This document shows positions 9,706 to 20,000 of a DNA stretch of 20,000 nucleotides, piece by piece. The DNA lies in assembly GCA_000934665.2 (NCBI GenBank), contig KZ538403.1:54396-74395 (forward strand), written 5' to 3'. The stretch is from Catajapyx aquilonaris. Lineage: Eukaryota. The notes beneath the pieces are model-generated. The model was given only the letters and a program-made list of their open reading frames with translations, had not been told where the DNA came from and did not search any database. The stretch's first letter is position 1; the number at the start of each line of letters is the position of its first letter. The position numbers and the translations under genes were made by a program.

Positions 9706-12700
9706 GTGCAATTCAGAGCATTCCGAGAGTCTTGCTCCCAAAGCCAAGAACTAGAAGGAGAATCTCATCAGCTGACGCACAAGACATATACTTTCAGCTT
9801 CCCAACTTTCGCGTCCAGACGGACCGGAAAACGTGGGCGACTGTTTTGCCAGGTATCTAGTATCCCAAGGCTTCACAAATATATTTTTTTTTGTCAAGTT
9901 CTCCGCCAACTTGCCCTGAGTCACACCAAATTTTTAAAAATTGCGGTGACATGCTAAGTCCACCCGCCTTAGATTATATAGTTGCGTGGGTACCACAACT
10001 AGTATATACATATGTGAGGACCACTCCCATCCGGAGAGGGCTGTTTGGAAAACCTGGGCTTCCAAAGCAAAAGTTGCCCACCTTTTATATTCTGTAGCTT
10101 TGCTTGCCACACCCAGTCACAGGTCAGCCCCGGGGCGAAGGCGCGACCGCCCTAACTCTTGGGCTGAAAGGAATTGGGGAGAGGGCTAGTCTATAATGTC
10201 ATATTCCCGGTTCCAGATTCCAGAGCCCGGCAGGAGCCTATTCTTTCATTACGCCCACAGGAATGGGCAATAACGAAGGGCAAGTGACGCAATGAATGTA
10301 CAATATGCAGGCGGCCGGGGAGGTGACCTTCCTTGATGCTGGTGGTGGTGGTGAGGGGTAGGGGGTTAGTCCGAGGACAACAATCCGGTCCGGCCAGCTT
10401 TTGGGCAGCATCCCTCGGCCGCGGCCGGTCTTGTGTCCGGCACACGCCACTATCACACTGCCCACCCCCACCCTTTTTTTTTCATTTCCGCACATGCAGA
10501 TTTGTCCTAATAAGAAGGCGACAAAAATTTCGCAGAAAATTAGGGACGAATTGATGTCGAAGTGATAACATTTTCTGGGATCGCTAAGTTTTTATATAAA
10601 CTATATTTTCTTAATCATAATTTCATACCAAGTATTTCAAGCTATTACTAATCGGCATAAAATAAAACAGCGTAAAGCGGTTAAAAATATAAATCAGGTT
10701 ATATCACATTCCAATTGACGATACCGGTACCTGAAATGCTGAATGACCAGTCATACATTTTGGTCAAATTTGAGGTAGGAAAAGTCCTCTAAATGTACTT
10801 TCTGGTAAATAACTCTTCTAGTATTATAAATAATTATTATACTCTCCAGAATAGAACGTTTAAAAATTGTAAAACAAAAATTGTCCTTAGAAGCGGAACC
10901 TGAGCGGAACAGTGCAATTTTCAAAGCCTCACATCCCTAAATAGACATATGGCTCTGATTGTTCAGCATATCAATTCAATTGATTTGCTCATACTGCCAG
11001 GTGACGTGTTACACGTGTACCTTTGAACCTTTTGAAACAAATCATTCTAAATTTCGCAAGATAATCCGGCAATAATAATACACATTGGGAACAGTAATCT
11101 CGAACGCTATGTAAAATTGCCCTCTTTGACATCACAGACTGTCGTCAGTTGCCAGGATGCATTTCTTGGGCGAGGTGACGATTTTGGGAGACCTTCGCAA
11201 TCGCCTTTGTTGCGAAGAGGGAGGGCGTTATCGTTATGATTGCCTGTCACTTTTAATTGCCTATTCATCTGGATAATTTCCTGCCTGTTAATGTTTCTTG
11301 CCAAACGCTGGCTAAAAACAGGGCGATAAAGTGCGTCTTCATTGCAGGGTTGAACAAAGATCTGCCGACTGGGCGACAATAGGCTGTGACATTGTCAAGG
11401 GAAATAATAGTTTATGATCTCAATCGTCATTTCACGCCCCTCCGTGTGTGTTGATTGCGAAATATCAGCAAAACGTACGCTGCTTTTGACACGAACCGCC
11501 ATGTTGTGCAAAAATGAAGCACGTGGTGAAAAACGATGAAGGTGAAGCCAAGCCAGAAGCAGTTTTCCGTAGGAGAAACCATCGATTTTTCCGCCCCCTC
11601 CACCCCCCTACTCTCTTCAGGGCTATAAAAGCGAAGGGGCTCCGAACTCGATATCGCAGAAAAAGAAGTTCAAAAGCCGCAGGAAAACATAAAACGTATA
11701 GTGGGCCCCGGCTAAATGAGTTCGCCCCGCATTTATGGCGACATATAACAAGCCCAAGTCTCCTGTTCCTCTCCTCCGACAAATGGATTTCTGCGCCGCC
11801 ACGGTCATCCGCCAAGAGCAGGCATGTCCGAAAAATGAGGCTTCCAAATCCCGCCGTCAGAGCGTCGCTCTAGTCGCAGACGACGGTGGCGCCATCGGAG
11901 TCCACTTGTAAATTGACCACATGGGTGCTATGAAGCAGGACTTCGTATAAGAAGCTTGGAAGAAAAGAGTGCTTCATGGGCTCTCACCCAAACTTTAGCC
12001 AACAGCTTTTTTACAACGAAAAAGTGCCCAAGTGGCTCAAAATAGACTCGAATGCGACAAAAATTTCTCTGTAAATGACTAACTGTGTGCCCACCAGCAA
12101 ACATGGCTTAAAATAGATGGCTTATTAATGGCTGTCGGCAATATTTGCCAACCGCAGGACCAACTGATCCGCAACGAATTCAGTGTAAACCCCCTTAAAA
12201 AAACCATTGTTTCGGGACATCCTTGAACCTGAGGAAGGACAAAGTGACCCATGTTTCCCATGATGATGGCGACTCAACACAATGGCGGTGATTGCTGGCA
12301 TTGTAACTGCCGATGGACATGCAATCTTATTTACGGTGTCCCCGTTTTTCGCGACACTGACTTCGCAAAAAAGCGGCTGCCGTTAATTTCCTTCTTTTGC
12401 AAATGGCTCCAGGGACATCGTTTTGGCTCCGACCGTCGTTGAAAAAGCCAAGTCTTTCGCAGTGTCAGCTGTGAGCAACCAAAATCGGAGGTTCGTGTTT
12501 CTCACACCTTCAGTCCCAACATATATTTTCCAACGAAAAATACATAACCAGGACTGGAAGTTTGAAACGAGCATTTTTCTCCTTCCCCATGCTAGAACAG
12601 TTTTTAAGTGAGGAAACGCCTCCATCCCCGTAAAAAAAAAACTGCTCTCAGTTTTTACACACAACGTATTCAGAATTTTATGGATGGGAAAGTTGGGAGA

Positions 12701-15700
12701 CTGGAGGGAATGACGCCCCTGAAATCCAATATCAGGGTAATCAAGCCCTGCCATTTCTCTGCATTAACCGGCGCCAGTCGCGATCCATTCCTAAATAAAC
12801 CTGCTCCACAAAACTCACACTCACGTATGGCGGCCATATTGGCCCAAACAAAACAATGTTAGGTCGAACCCTAAAAAAAATCTATCGAATCGATGAGGTC
12901 AGCAAAGTCAAACCCTTTTCCTTCCCCCAAAAAAACCTAGATTTATTCGCCGTCAGTATATTTTACACGGGGTCTCAAAGCGCCCAGGAAAAACTGGAAT
13001 TCCGGCGCATTTGCATAGCTTATCAAGCCTCCCCAGAGCAGCCGTGTAGCAGATCGAGGTTGTTCAAGTCTTTACAAGTCAACTTCAACAACTGGAGGAA
13101 ACAAGTTTTCGGGTGTTGAACATGTAAGCGCGAAATTTATTGGTTCGACAGTGACATCTTTGGGACTTCTCCCGGGAGTAACAGCCCCCCTCTTCTCCAA
13201 AAAATGGTGCCGTATTTACCGGTGCAATCCGAAAGGGCGGAGGTCCCCCTCACTAACTCCTGTAAAAAGAACTGGAAAAAAAAGGTCGGGACTCCGCCTC
13301 GGCAACAAGTTGCAACCGAGCTGCTCCCATAGTCCAAATTGGGGGGGATCCGCAACTACTGTCGTTTCCTAACCAAGTACTGTACATCAGCCTGGCAGGT
13401 ATAACAACGTATAGTGTACCAGTTGAAAAATCTCGCAGCGAACGAGTTATACCATGAATCGGAAGTGTAGCTGTTAGTTGACAGACGTCACAATTATTTT
13501 TCATTACAATGGCGCAGATTGTAAGGTGACGTCAGTCGGAACTTTTAATAAGAATTACCAAACGTAGCCTAAATAATTGCTTCAAACGCTTATTCAATCA
13601 AGAGGTCATACACTGTGTGAACCAATAACTGTCTGAAAATGTGGCGTCACCAGATCCGAGCAATATTACTGGCTGCAGCCAGAATTCGCCGCCGCCGATT
13701 GGCTCCTTACAAAAAAATGGCAATGCCGCACTTAATAGTCTAGTTACAAAATGGAGGTTGTTATTTCTTTCTTTCGAATATTGCCTAACACGGGTGTAAC
13801 ACGTACCGGAGTGCATCTTGCAACATGCCAATAAATTCGAATCGTTGCTAATAACGCAGCCCTGTTATTCCTCCTGGGTTTCTATACGTGCGGACACACA
13901 AGCTGGGATTGTTTTAAGAAATGGACCGTACCGATTATTTCGACTCGCATGGTAAAGGGGGGGGGGGGATATACTTCTGTGCTCCTTTTGTGATCAGGCC
14001 GAATTATCTTGGACGAGTATTCAACGCCACACATCAGGACACGTATTCCGTGAAACCGTTACCTGACAGAATTTCATTACCACCCTAATAAACACCCCTA
14101 GTCAACACCTTGTAATTATTGGCCAGTAAGTAAATCAATTCGGGTACGTGATACATTTGTTCAATATAAAAAAATGCGGTAAGTCCGGTGTGAAAAATTT
14201 ACGGGACGGTATTAGGCTAATTGATTTCATTCTGACAGCTTGGCAAAACAAGTAGAAATTTAGGCATATATTTTTAGAAATATTTATTAAGCAAAAATAC
14301 AGTCCTGTCAACTCACCCGCGACTAGTATTTGCAAATAAATTTCTACGCACTTTGCATTACCGCACCATGTGTACATACACTCATTTAATTCCTTCACGC
14401 GTGTCAGCTGTCTCCCAAAATATTGCTCCCAGTACACTTTACATTGCTCTGGAGCATGACAGCCGCAGCAAATTACAAATTGCCAAGTACGCAACACCAA
14501 TTGGGTTCTTCCAGTTTTCCAGGCCTCCGATCCTTCCCAAAAATGGTCATAGCAACAACTTTCTGATAGACCCGCACTCTTAATAAATTCACATTAAGGT
14601 TTAACCTCTCACCCCGGCCCTTTTTCTGTTCCTCTAGGGCATTTTCACACGGAAGACTTACGAGTCGAGCAACTTGGCTCTGATTTTTATGGCGAAGGCT
14701 TGGTCTCGGAGCACGTCAAATCGGTATACCCCCCTTTTTTTCTTGAAGACCAAAACCGAAATGTTTGGTAAGTTGAATCCGGCAAATCCAGTTGCGTTTG
14801 TGACCTCCTAGGGCTTGAATATCCGAATTTTCGTGACCAGCAAACACAGGTCAAGTGTTGTTGAAGAGACAACGTGGCTGCCATTTTGGTCGCGACAGGG
14901 GTGCGGAAAACTGGTATTTCGAACATAAATCGGAGCAAATATTTCCTGATTTTTTTGTGTGCTGTAACAGTCGGTTTTATTGTTACACCTTGTTACAATT
15001 TTTTTTAAAATGTGCGAGCTGTATTGTTCTGGACATGCGCAGCGATGATTCAAAAGTGATTTGCAGTGGTAAAACAACTTTTCGCGAAAAAGTTGCGGAA
15101 TAAACTCCGGTTCATGGAAAAACGGTAGCGGCTCTCTTTTTTTTTGCAACTCGTTTCTCCCCCACCCGGACCATTGTTCCTGCCAATTTGATTTGCAAAA
15201 TAGCGAGGAAATGTCTAGTTCGCAGCTCTTTGCAAACAAGTAGAACCAGAAAATCACCCCCGATAAGATATAGCGTCGTTTTTTGAATTCCCTGGGAGCA
15301 TGTGCTAGGACTAGAGCTAGAGAGGAGGGGGGGAAAAAGACTAGCAGATGCAAAATACGATTTTAATGCGAAACTGATCGTAGAACACACACGCCCTTGC
15401 AACCGCCTGCACCGAGATAAAAGTGCGGTTTTTTCCGTGACGTATTCATGACATAATGGTACAGCATAATTCTACGAGTAAGGAGATAAAACATATTCGC
15501 GCAAATACTGTAGATATTGAGCAAATTTCGCAAAAATTATGGAGTCATTAGGGGACAGGACCTGTTCGCAAGGTGTGAAAAATGTGCAGCTTTTTCGGAA
15601 GGGGGGGGGGGGATACTTGGACAACAATAAAAAAATACACGATTCTTCTCCCAAAATGAGGGGATGGCGTGCTGTAACAATTAGGAAGGGAGCCTTATTT

Positions 15701-16626
15701 CTTTTGCTTTACAGTGGTATTTGTTATAAACGAAACAAAGAGTAACCCGACCGTTACGACGCCAGTTTTCCCCCCTCTTTTCAATACATTGCACAAAATA
15801 TGGTTTCTGCATTGGCGCGCAAAATAAATTTTTTTGCAAGTGCGAAAATCTCATTATACTAGAGGGGGGCGACGAAACAACTTTCGGGAGAGCGTTGTTA
15901 ATTTAGAAAATAAAACGCCTTGGCCGCGGCCCAGATACATCGGAAAATTACGATGGTAATCGGTATTGGCAAAAATTGCCTTACAACGTGACCATGTGGT
16001 TTTCGCCGCAACAATGACGTGTATGCGCCCGAAAAAAATAAACCGGCGGCGTCGTTGCATATAATACAAACTAACATACAAATAACAATAGTAATAGTCC
16101 GACCATGTTCAATTTTTTAGCATATTCGAAGGTTATGCCATTTTTTCCAGTGATAGGCAACACCTGCAAGGACACGGATACTGTAAACGATACATATATC
16201 CTGAAAGTTATTAATTTCCCTAGCTATCAATCATATTTTTCGCATACTCAGAACACACATGACTGCATCATGCCACATGCTATACAAAGTTACTAGAATA
16301 GTCTCCGAACTATGTCGAGTCAACATTTTATTTACAGCAATTGCTTTGCGAATGCGGTGAGTATTGATAAAATAGAAACCCTTAAGAATGCCTGACTTTG
16401 GAACTTTTCTCTTATGTAAAAGATAATTCCGCAATGACAAAGTTGAACGAAAAAAAGTTATAAATCGGGTAAGATAAGATGGTTTCAGGTACATAGCAAA
16501 TAGGTTACGGAGATAGCGATAGTTTCCAGCTACTCGAAGTGGTTAATTTTGCCTCCGGGGAGTGATTAGCCAATCTCTTTTGCGACTTAAAACACAGTAG
16601 AATTTCTGATAAAGAAATCAAATAGT

Positions 16627-16675
16627 ACATATTTGCACCTGAGGGTTTACTAGTAACCCTCAGGGGTAAATATGT
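16627..16675. repeat. Imperfect inverted repeat/hairpin, possibly a MITE remnant
   Basis: ACATATTTGCACCTGAGGGTTTAC-TA-GTAACCCTCAGGGGTAAATATGT. The reverse complement of the right arm is ACATATTTACCCCTGAGGGTTAC. Central palindrome TTACTAGTAA. Confidence 0.8.
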
Positions 16676-17303
16676 GGCTTACTATTTTTTGTGCGTTAAA
16701 TGCCGCACCTACAAACAAAAACGTGGACTCCAAATAAGTGCACAATCAGTTTGATAGTCGCAAAGTGCGTTACGGAATTGAACTCGGGACGATAGAATAC
16801 CCTCAAAATTAACCGGAGGTCGTAACAATTGCAGGGTTCGTTACAAGAAGGAACTTTGTCCAAAATATCGCAATTAGATTTCAACACATGTTGTAAAGTC
16901 GCGGCAAATTGCTGGTACAAATTTTTTCCTCATAATAGGCCCCTAGGGCCCGCTTACACCACGACTTGTCGATATGAATTTATCCTTATTGTTGACAACA
17001 ATGTGCGTAACCAATCATGATGATTATCAACACCACATTTCCTTGTAACCGGCACGGAGACGCAAATTCGCAAACTTTGACCGAGTGTATCAATGCACTA
17101 CAAATATTTCATTGATAAATTGGCAAAATATATCAGCAACAATGAAACACGGGACTTCAAAAGCTTTACCATCCTGCCAAAATCGGCAACAATACGGCTA
17201 AATCCGCACCATGTAATGAACTACTCACACGTTTTCAAAGTTTGGTCTGAAATCATTGTTGCCATCACTAAACACAGTGACACTGTAATCATGAACGTTT
17301 CAC

Positions 17304-17407
17304 TACAACAATTACAGTTTACTTACTGACATTCGGGCAAAACTATTAACAAATCACAGCATTACATTACACCAATTACGATTTACTTACTGACAACTCG
17401 CGAAAAC
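17304..17407. repeat. Diverged 2-copy direct repeat (~40-nt unit, 64-nt period)
   Basis: tacaacaattacagtttacttactgacattcgggcaaaac (17304-17343) vs tacaccaattacgatttacttactgacaactcgcgaaaac (17368-17407). Identical core TTTACTTACTGACA at 17318-17331 and 17382-17395. Confidence 0.75.
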
Positions 17408-17648
17408 ATCGCACTCCACAGTTTTTGATTCATACTCGAAAACTAAACTTCGAACATCGCATTGTTGCAGCCCCGAACTTATTAACACCGCATATTTTCC
17501 GACCCTGCTCTGACAACATTCCAAACCGTTCACACCGATTTCTCAATAAAATTTTGCACATCACTTAACCCTCATTTGAACAACAAACCCCCCCAAAAAA
17601 CGCACATGTCACCGCACCAAAACAACACTTGTCACGTGGACCCCTTAC

Positions 17649-18066
17649 CTTATTCATCCACCAATAAAAATCCACCTGCCGACCATCAAAATCGTCCCAC
17701 AAAAATCACTCACTTTCAAATCCCTCCAGTCCAACAATACTTATTTTTCCCTCCCCTCCTCCTTAACAAACTTCCAACAATTATACGTTTTATATTCCCC
17801 CGGTACGCAGCGTGTTCCCGACGCCACCACCGCACCCGGACTGAACCGCCTTCTCTCGCCGGCCAAACTCGGCCAAATCCTCCCTTGTTGCCGCCTCTCT
17901 CTCTCTCTCTCTCTCCCTCTCTCCCCCCCTTTCCCCTCTCTTTTTTTTTACTCCCTTCCCTCACCCCCGGCCTCTCTCACCCCTCTCACTTCGCCTGGCC
18001 TCGCTTCGCCTCGCGCCGCGCAACCCGAAAATTCACCCCGTTGCCGCCGGCTTGCGCGAGATGGCG
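17649..18066 (-). other. Putative first exon (purine-rich 5' leader) of an unidentified minus-strand gene, with alternative donors at exon ends 17714 and 17649
   Basis: Minus strand reads GAAA|GTGAGT (ACTCAC at 17708-17713) and AAG|GTAAGG (CCTTAC at 17643-17648). There is no minus-strand ATG between the putative TSS and 17714. ATGs occur only in the 65-nt extension, at 17686 and 17657. Confidence 0.5.
17894..17990. repeat. (CT)10 microsatellite within a polypyrimidine/polypurine tract
   Basis: (CT)10 at 17895-17914. Uninterrupted pyrimidines at 17894-17949, and almost all pyrimidine to ~17990. Confidence 0.9.
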
Positions 18067-18180
18067 TTTACGGCCCCGAAATTTTCCTCCTATCGGCTTC
18101 CAGCATATTCAAAATATCTAAATGTCTTTTAAACCGGGAGGGGAAAACGGCGCATGCGTAATGCGGGTACCAGCATATGC
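17990..18180 (-). promoter_or_regulatory. Putative CpG-rich TATA-less RNA polymerase II promoter; TSS probably near 18060-18070 on the minus strand
   Basis: CpG/GC-dense segment at 17990-18080. YY1-type motif AGATGGCG at 18059-18066 (CGCCATCT on minus). NRF1-like GCGCATGCG at 18150-18158. On the minus strand it is followed by a GA-rich leader, consensus splice donors and strong G-skew. Direction is inferred from the skew and donors. Confidence 0.6.
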
Positions 18181-19333
18181 GGGTTGTCCAACTAACATCA
18201 ACAATCAACAAAAGGTGAGGCAATGGTAATTATAGACGGTGTAACGGTGCCAACAGGCATATTTACTGGAGGGATTAGTCACTTGATATTATAGTGTACG
18301 ACGGACTTCATAAGTGACTAACCCTTAATATTTACTGTAGTTATAAAAAGGAACATGCGCCATACACCCAACAATGTGATTATTTCATGTCAGATACCGC
18401 ATCTTAAGGTTCCAATAAGCAGGCCCAAAAATAGATAAAACGGTACTGAGTGGCAAACAATCGTTAGGTCATGACTCACCTGCATGTACACCAGGATCTT
18501 ACAACTCATAAACAATGTTTAGTTGAAAAAAAATAGCATGCAATGTCATAAATCTTACGGATTTAAAGCAAAAAAAAATCATTGCGAAACAAGATGCACA
18601 CATACCGGAATGCAAAACAAGTGGTCAGCAACCTCGTGACCCCCTACCGCATTCCTGTTGCACATGTAACCCTGATGGTGGTTTCATTCATTCGGAGGAC
18701 ACTACCGGGTATCCCACACACACATGGGGACACACATGGGAGTCCAGATTTTTCCGAGGGCCAAAATGGGCGGAACCTACTCTCCACATATGCCAAAAAG
18801 GGGCGGGGTTCAAAGCATGCGCATATATGTGCACCCCCCCCCCCCTTCCCAAATGAAACCCACACACATGTGCACACGTGTGTATTCTCCCAGAGATCAT
18901 GCTGCCCCAATATTGCAGACACAACACCAGACACAAAATCGTGCAGCATGTGAATATGGGCGACATATTTCCGGATCGATACTCCGCATGCATGCTCAAC
19001 TTGGAAGCTCAAAGTGCGGGTACTATAAAACACAACACTTTTTTTTCCATGGTATCCTATAGCTCCCATAGAGTGTGCGAGGTGCCCAACACATGTGTCC
19101 TTCACACTGACATTCCCGGCGGGTGACGTGCAAAGCCCGCGGACAGATTACGGCCCTTTTGTGTTCCCGGAAATCCCATCCGCAGGCCCCGATGCAATAT
19201 TAATCGGTTGACAGATTCAGACGGTGGCGTCGTTGTCCAAATCTCTCAGGAGTGGGCCAGTTGCTACAAATGTGCGCATTTCATATGAAATGCTGGACAT
19301 CTCCAAAAATTCGGTGCAATTTGCAAAATAATC

Positions 19334-19417
19334 GAACACGATATATCGATATGTATCGATATATTGTGTTCAATTTTTTATTCGATTTTTGTGTTCAATA
19401 TGTATCGATATATCGTG
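19334..19417. repeat. Palindromic repeat with three TATCGATA copies
   Basis: GAACACGATATATCGAT-ATGT-ATCGATATATTGTGTTC (19334-19371) has 17-bp arms with one G-T pair. A third related copy, ATATGTATCGATATATCGTG, lies at ~19398-19417. Confidence 0.8.
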
Positions 19418-20000
19418 CCACTGGAAAAAAATGATGCAATTTAAATTCACGCTATACGTAAGCATAATTATGCAGGGGTTATCATAACAATAAAAATAAG
19501 TGCGACCTTCTCGTCAGAATTATGGCCAGTTATAGAGCGACATATGAAGATGGTTTTGTCAGTTTTAATTGGAGTTGCGCAGCCTTCTGGAAACTGAACA
19601 CGTCATATCATATGGCCGTCACCAAAGTGTGAGCCTACATACGTTTCTTCAGGGTGTGGCTTTTGAAAGACGGTCTTTGCCATTGACGCAAAAAAAAAAA
19701 AGTCGAAAAAATTTCTCAACTGTTGCTCTTGCAGCTGGGTGACTTCAATCATGACAATGCTCCCCTGGATGGAACGTAGGTGATTTTTTGGCACACATCC
19801 TGCTTATCACACGCTGTTTTGTAACAAATGACGGACAGGTTTTGCTCGCAAGAGTTGCAGGGAAAGTTCAGTTTTATGCCGCATTTTTACAACATGAAAT
19901 TGTTTATGCCAGGCAGCCAGAAAACCATAATGTCACTCCTAAAATGTGACAAAATTGACACTTCACATGTTGCGTAATCCCTCGCGCCTTGGGACTGGCC

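Noticed and set aside
11465..11873. Overlapping 116-119 aa basic ORFs on both strands
   Set aside because: No family resemblance. The length is within chance expectation for six frames over 20 kb.
12033..12117. TGGCTCAAAATAGA / TGGCTTAAAATAGA near-repeat
   Set aside because: Only two 14-nt copies and no array structure, so not CRISPR-like. Probably a small local duplication or chance.
416..12505. Eight Su(H)/CSL-like GTGRGAA words
   Set aside because: Scattered, under twofold above a rough chance expectation, and no paired-site (SPS) geometry.
14808..15353. 181-aa minus-strand ORF
   Set aside because: Runs through homopolymer tracts and has no domain-like composition or recognisable homology.
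17576..18121. 181-aa Pro/Leu/Ser-rich ORF on plus, and antisense ORF 17716-17964
   Set aside because: By-products of the C-rich skew and CT microsatellite, which lack stop codons. Non-ATG start and no recognisable domain.
18582..19126. Stack of overlapping ORFs in five frames
   Set aside because: Explained by CA/TG low-complexity sequence that is poor in stop codons.

Overview
This 20-kb window looks non-coding and eukaryotic, most likely from an invertebrate metazoan. GC is in the low 40s by eye, CpG is not visibly depleted, and there are many A/T and G/C homopolymers. None of the six-frame ORFs (max 181 aa) resembles a protein family I recognise. I found no rRNA, tRNA, CRISPR array, intact transposon or recognisable conserved miRNA/snoRNA. 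The best-supported structure is a CpG-rich, TATA-less Pol II promoter at ~18.0-18.2 kb with YY1 and NRF1-like motifs, apparently firing on the minus strand. It leads into a purine-rich first exon with two alternative 5' splice sites (exon ends 17714 and 17649) and an extreme G-skew. Most of 1-17648 would then be intron(s) of that gene. This stretch holds a few candidate small exons (one with stops in all three frames), a second promoter-like motif cluster at ~8.0-8.3 kb, enhancer-like motif clusters (Hox-Pbx-Meis, nuclear receptor, C/EBP) and several hairpins or short duplications. The gene cannot be identified from this window, and all exon and regulatory calls are motif-based inferences.
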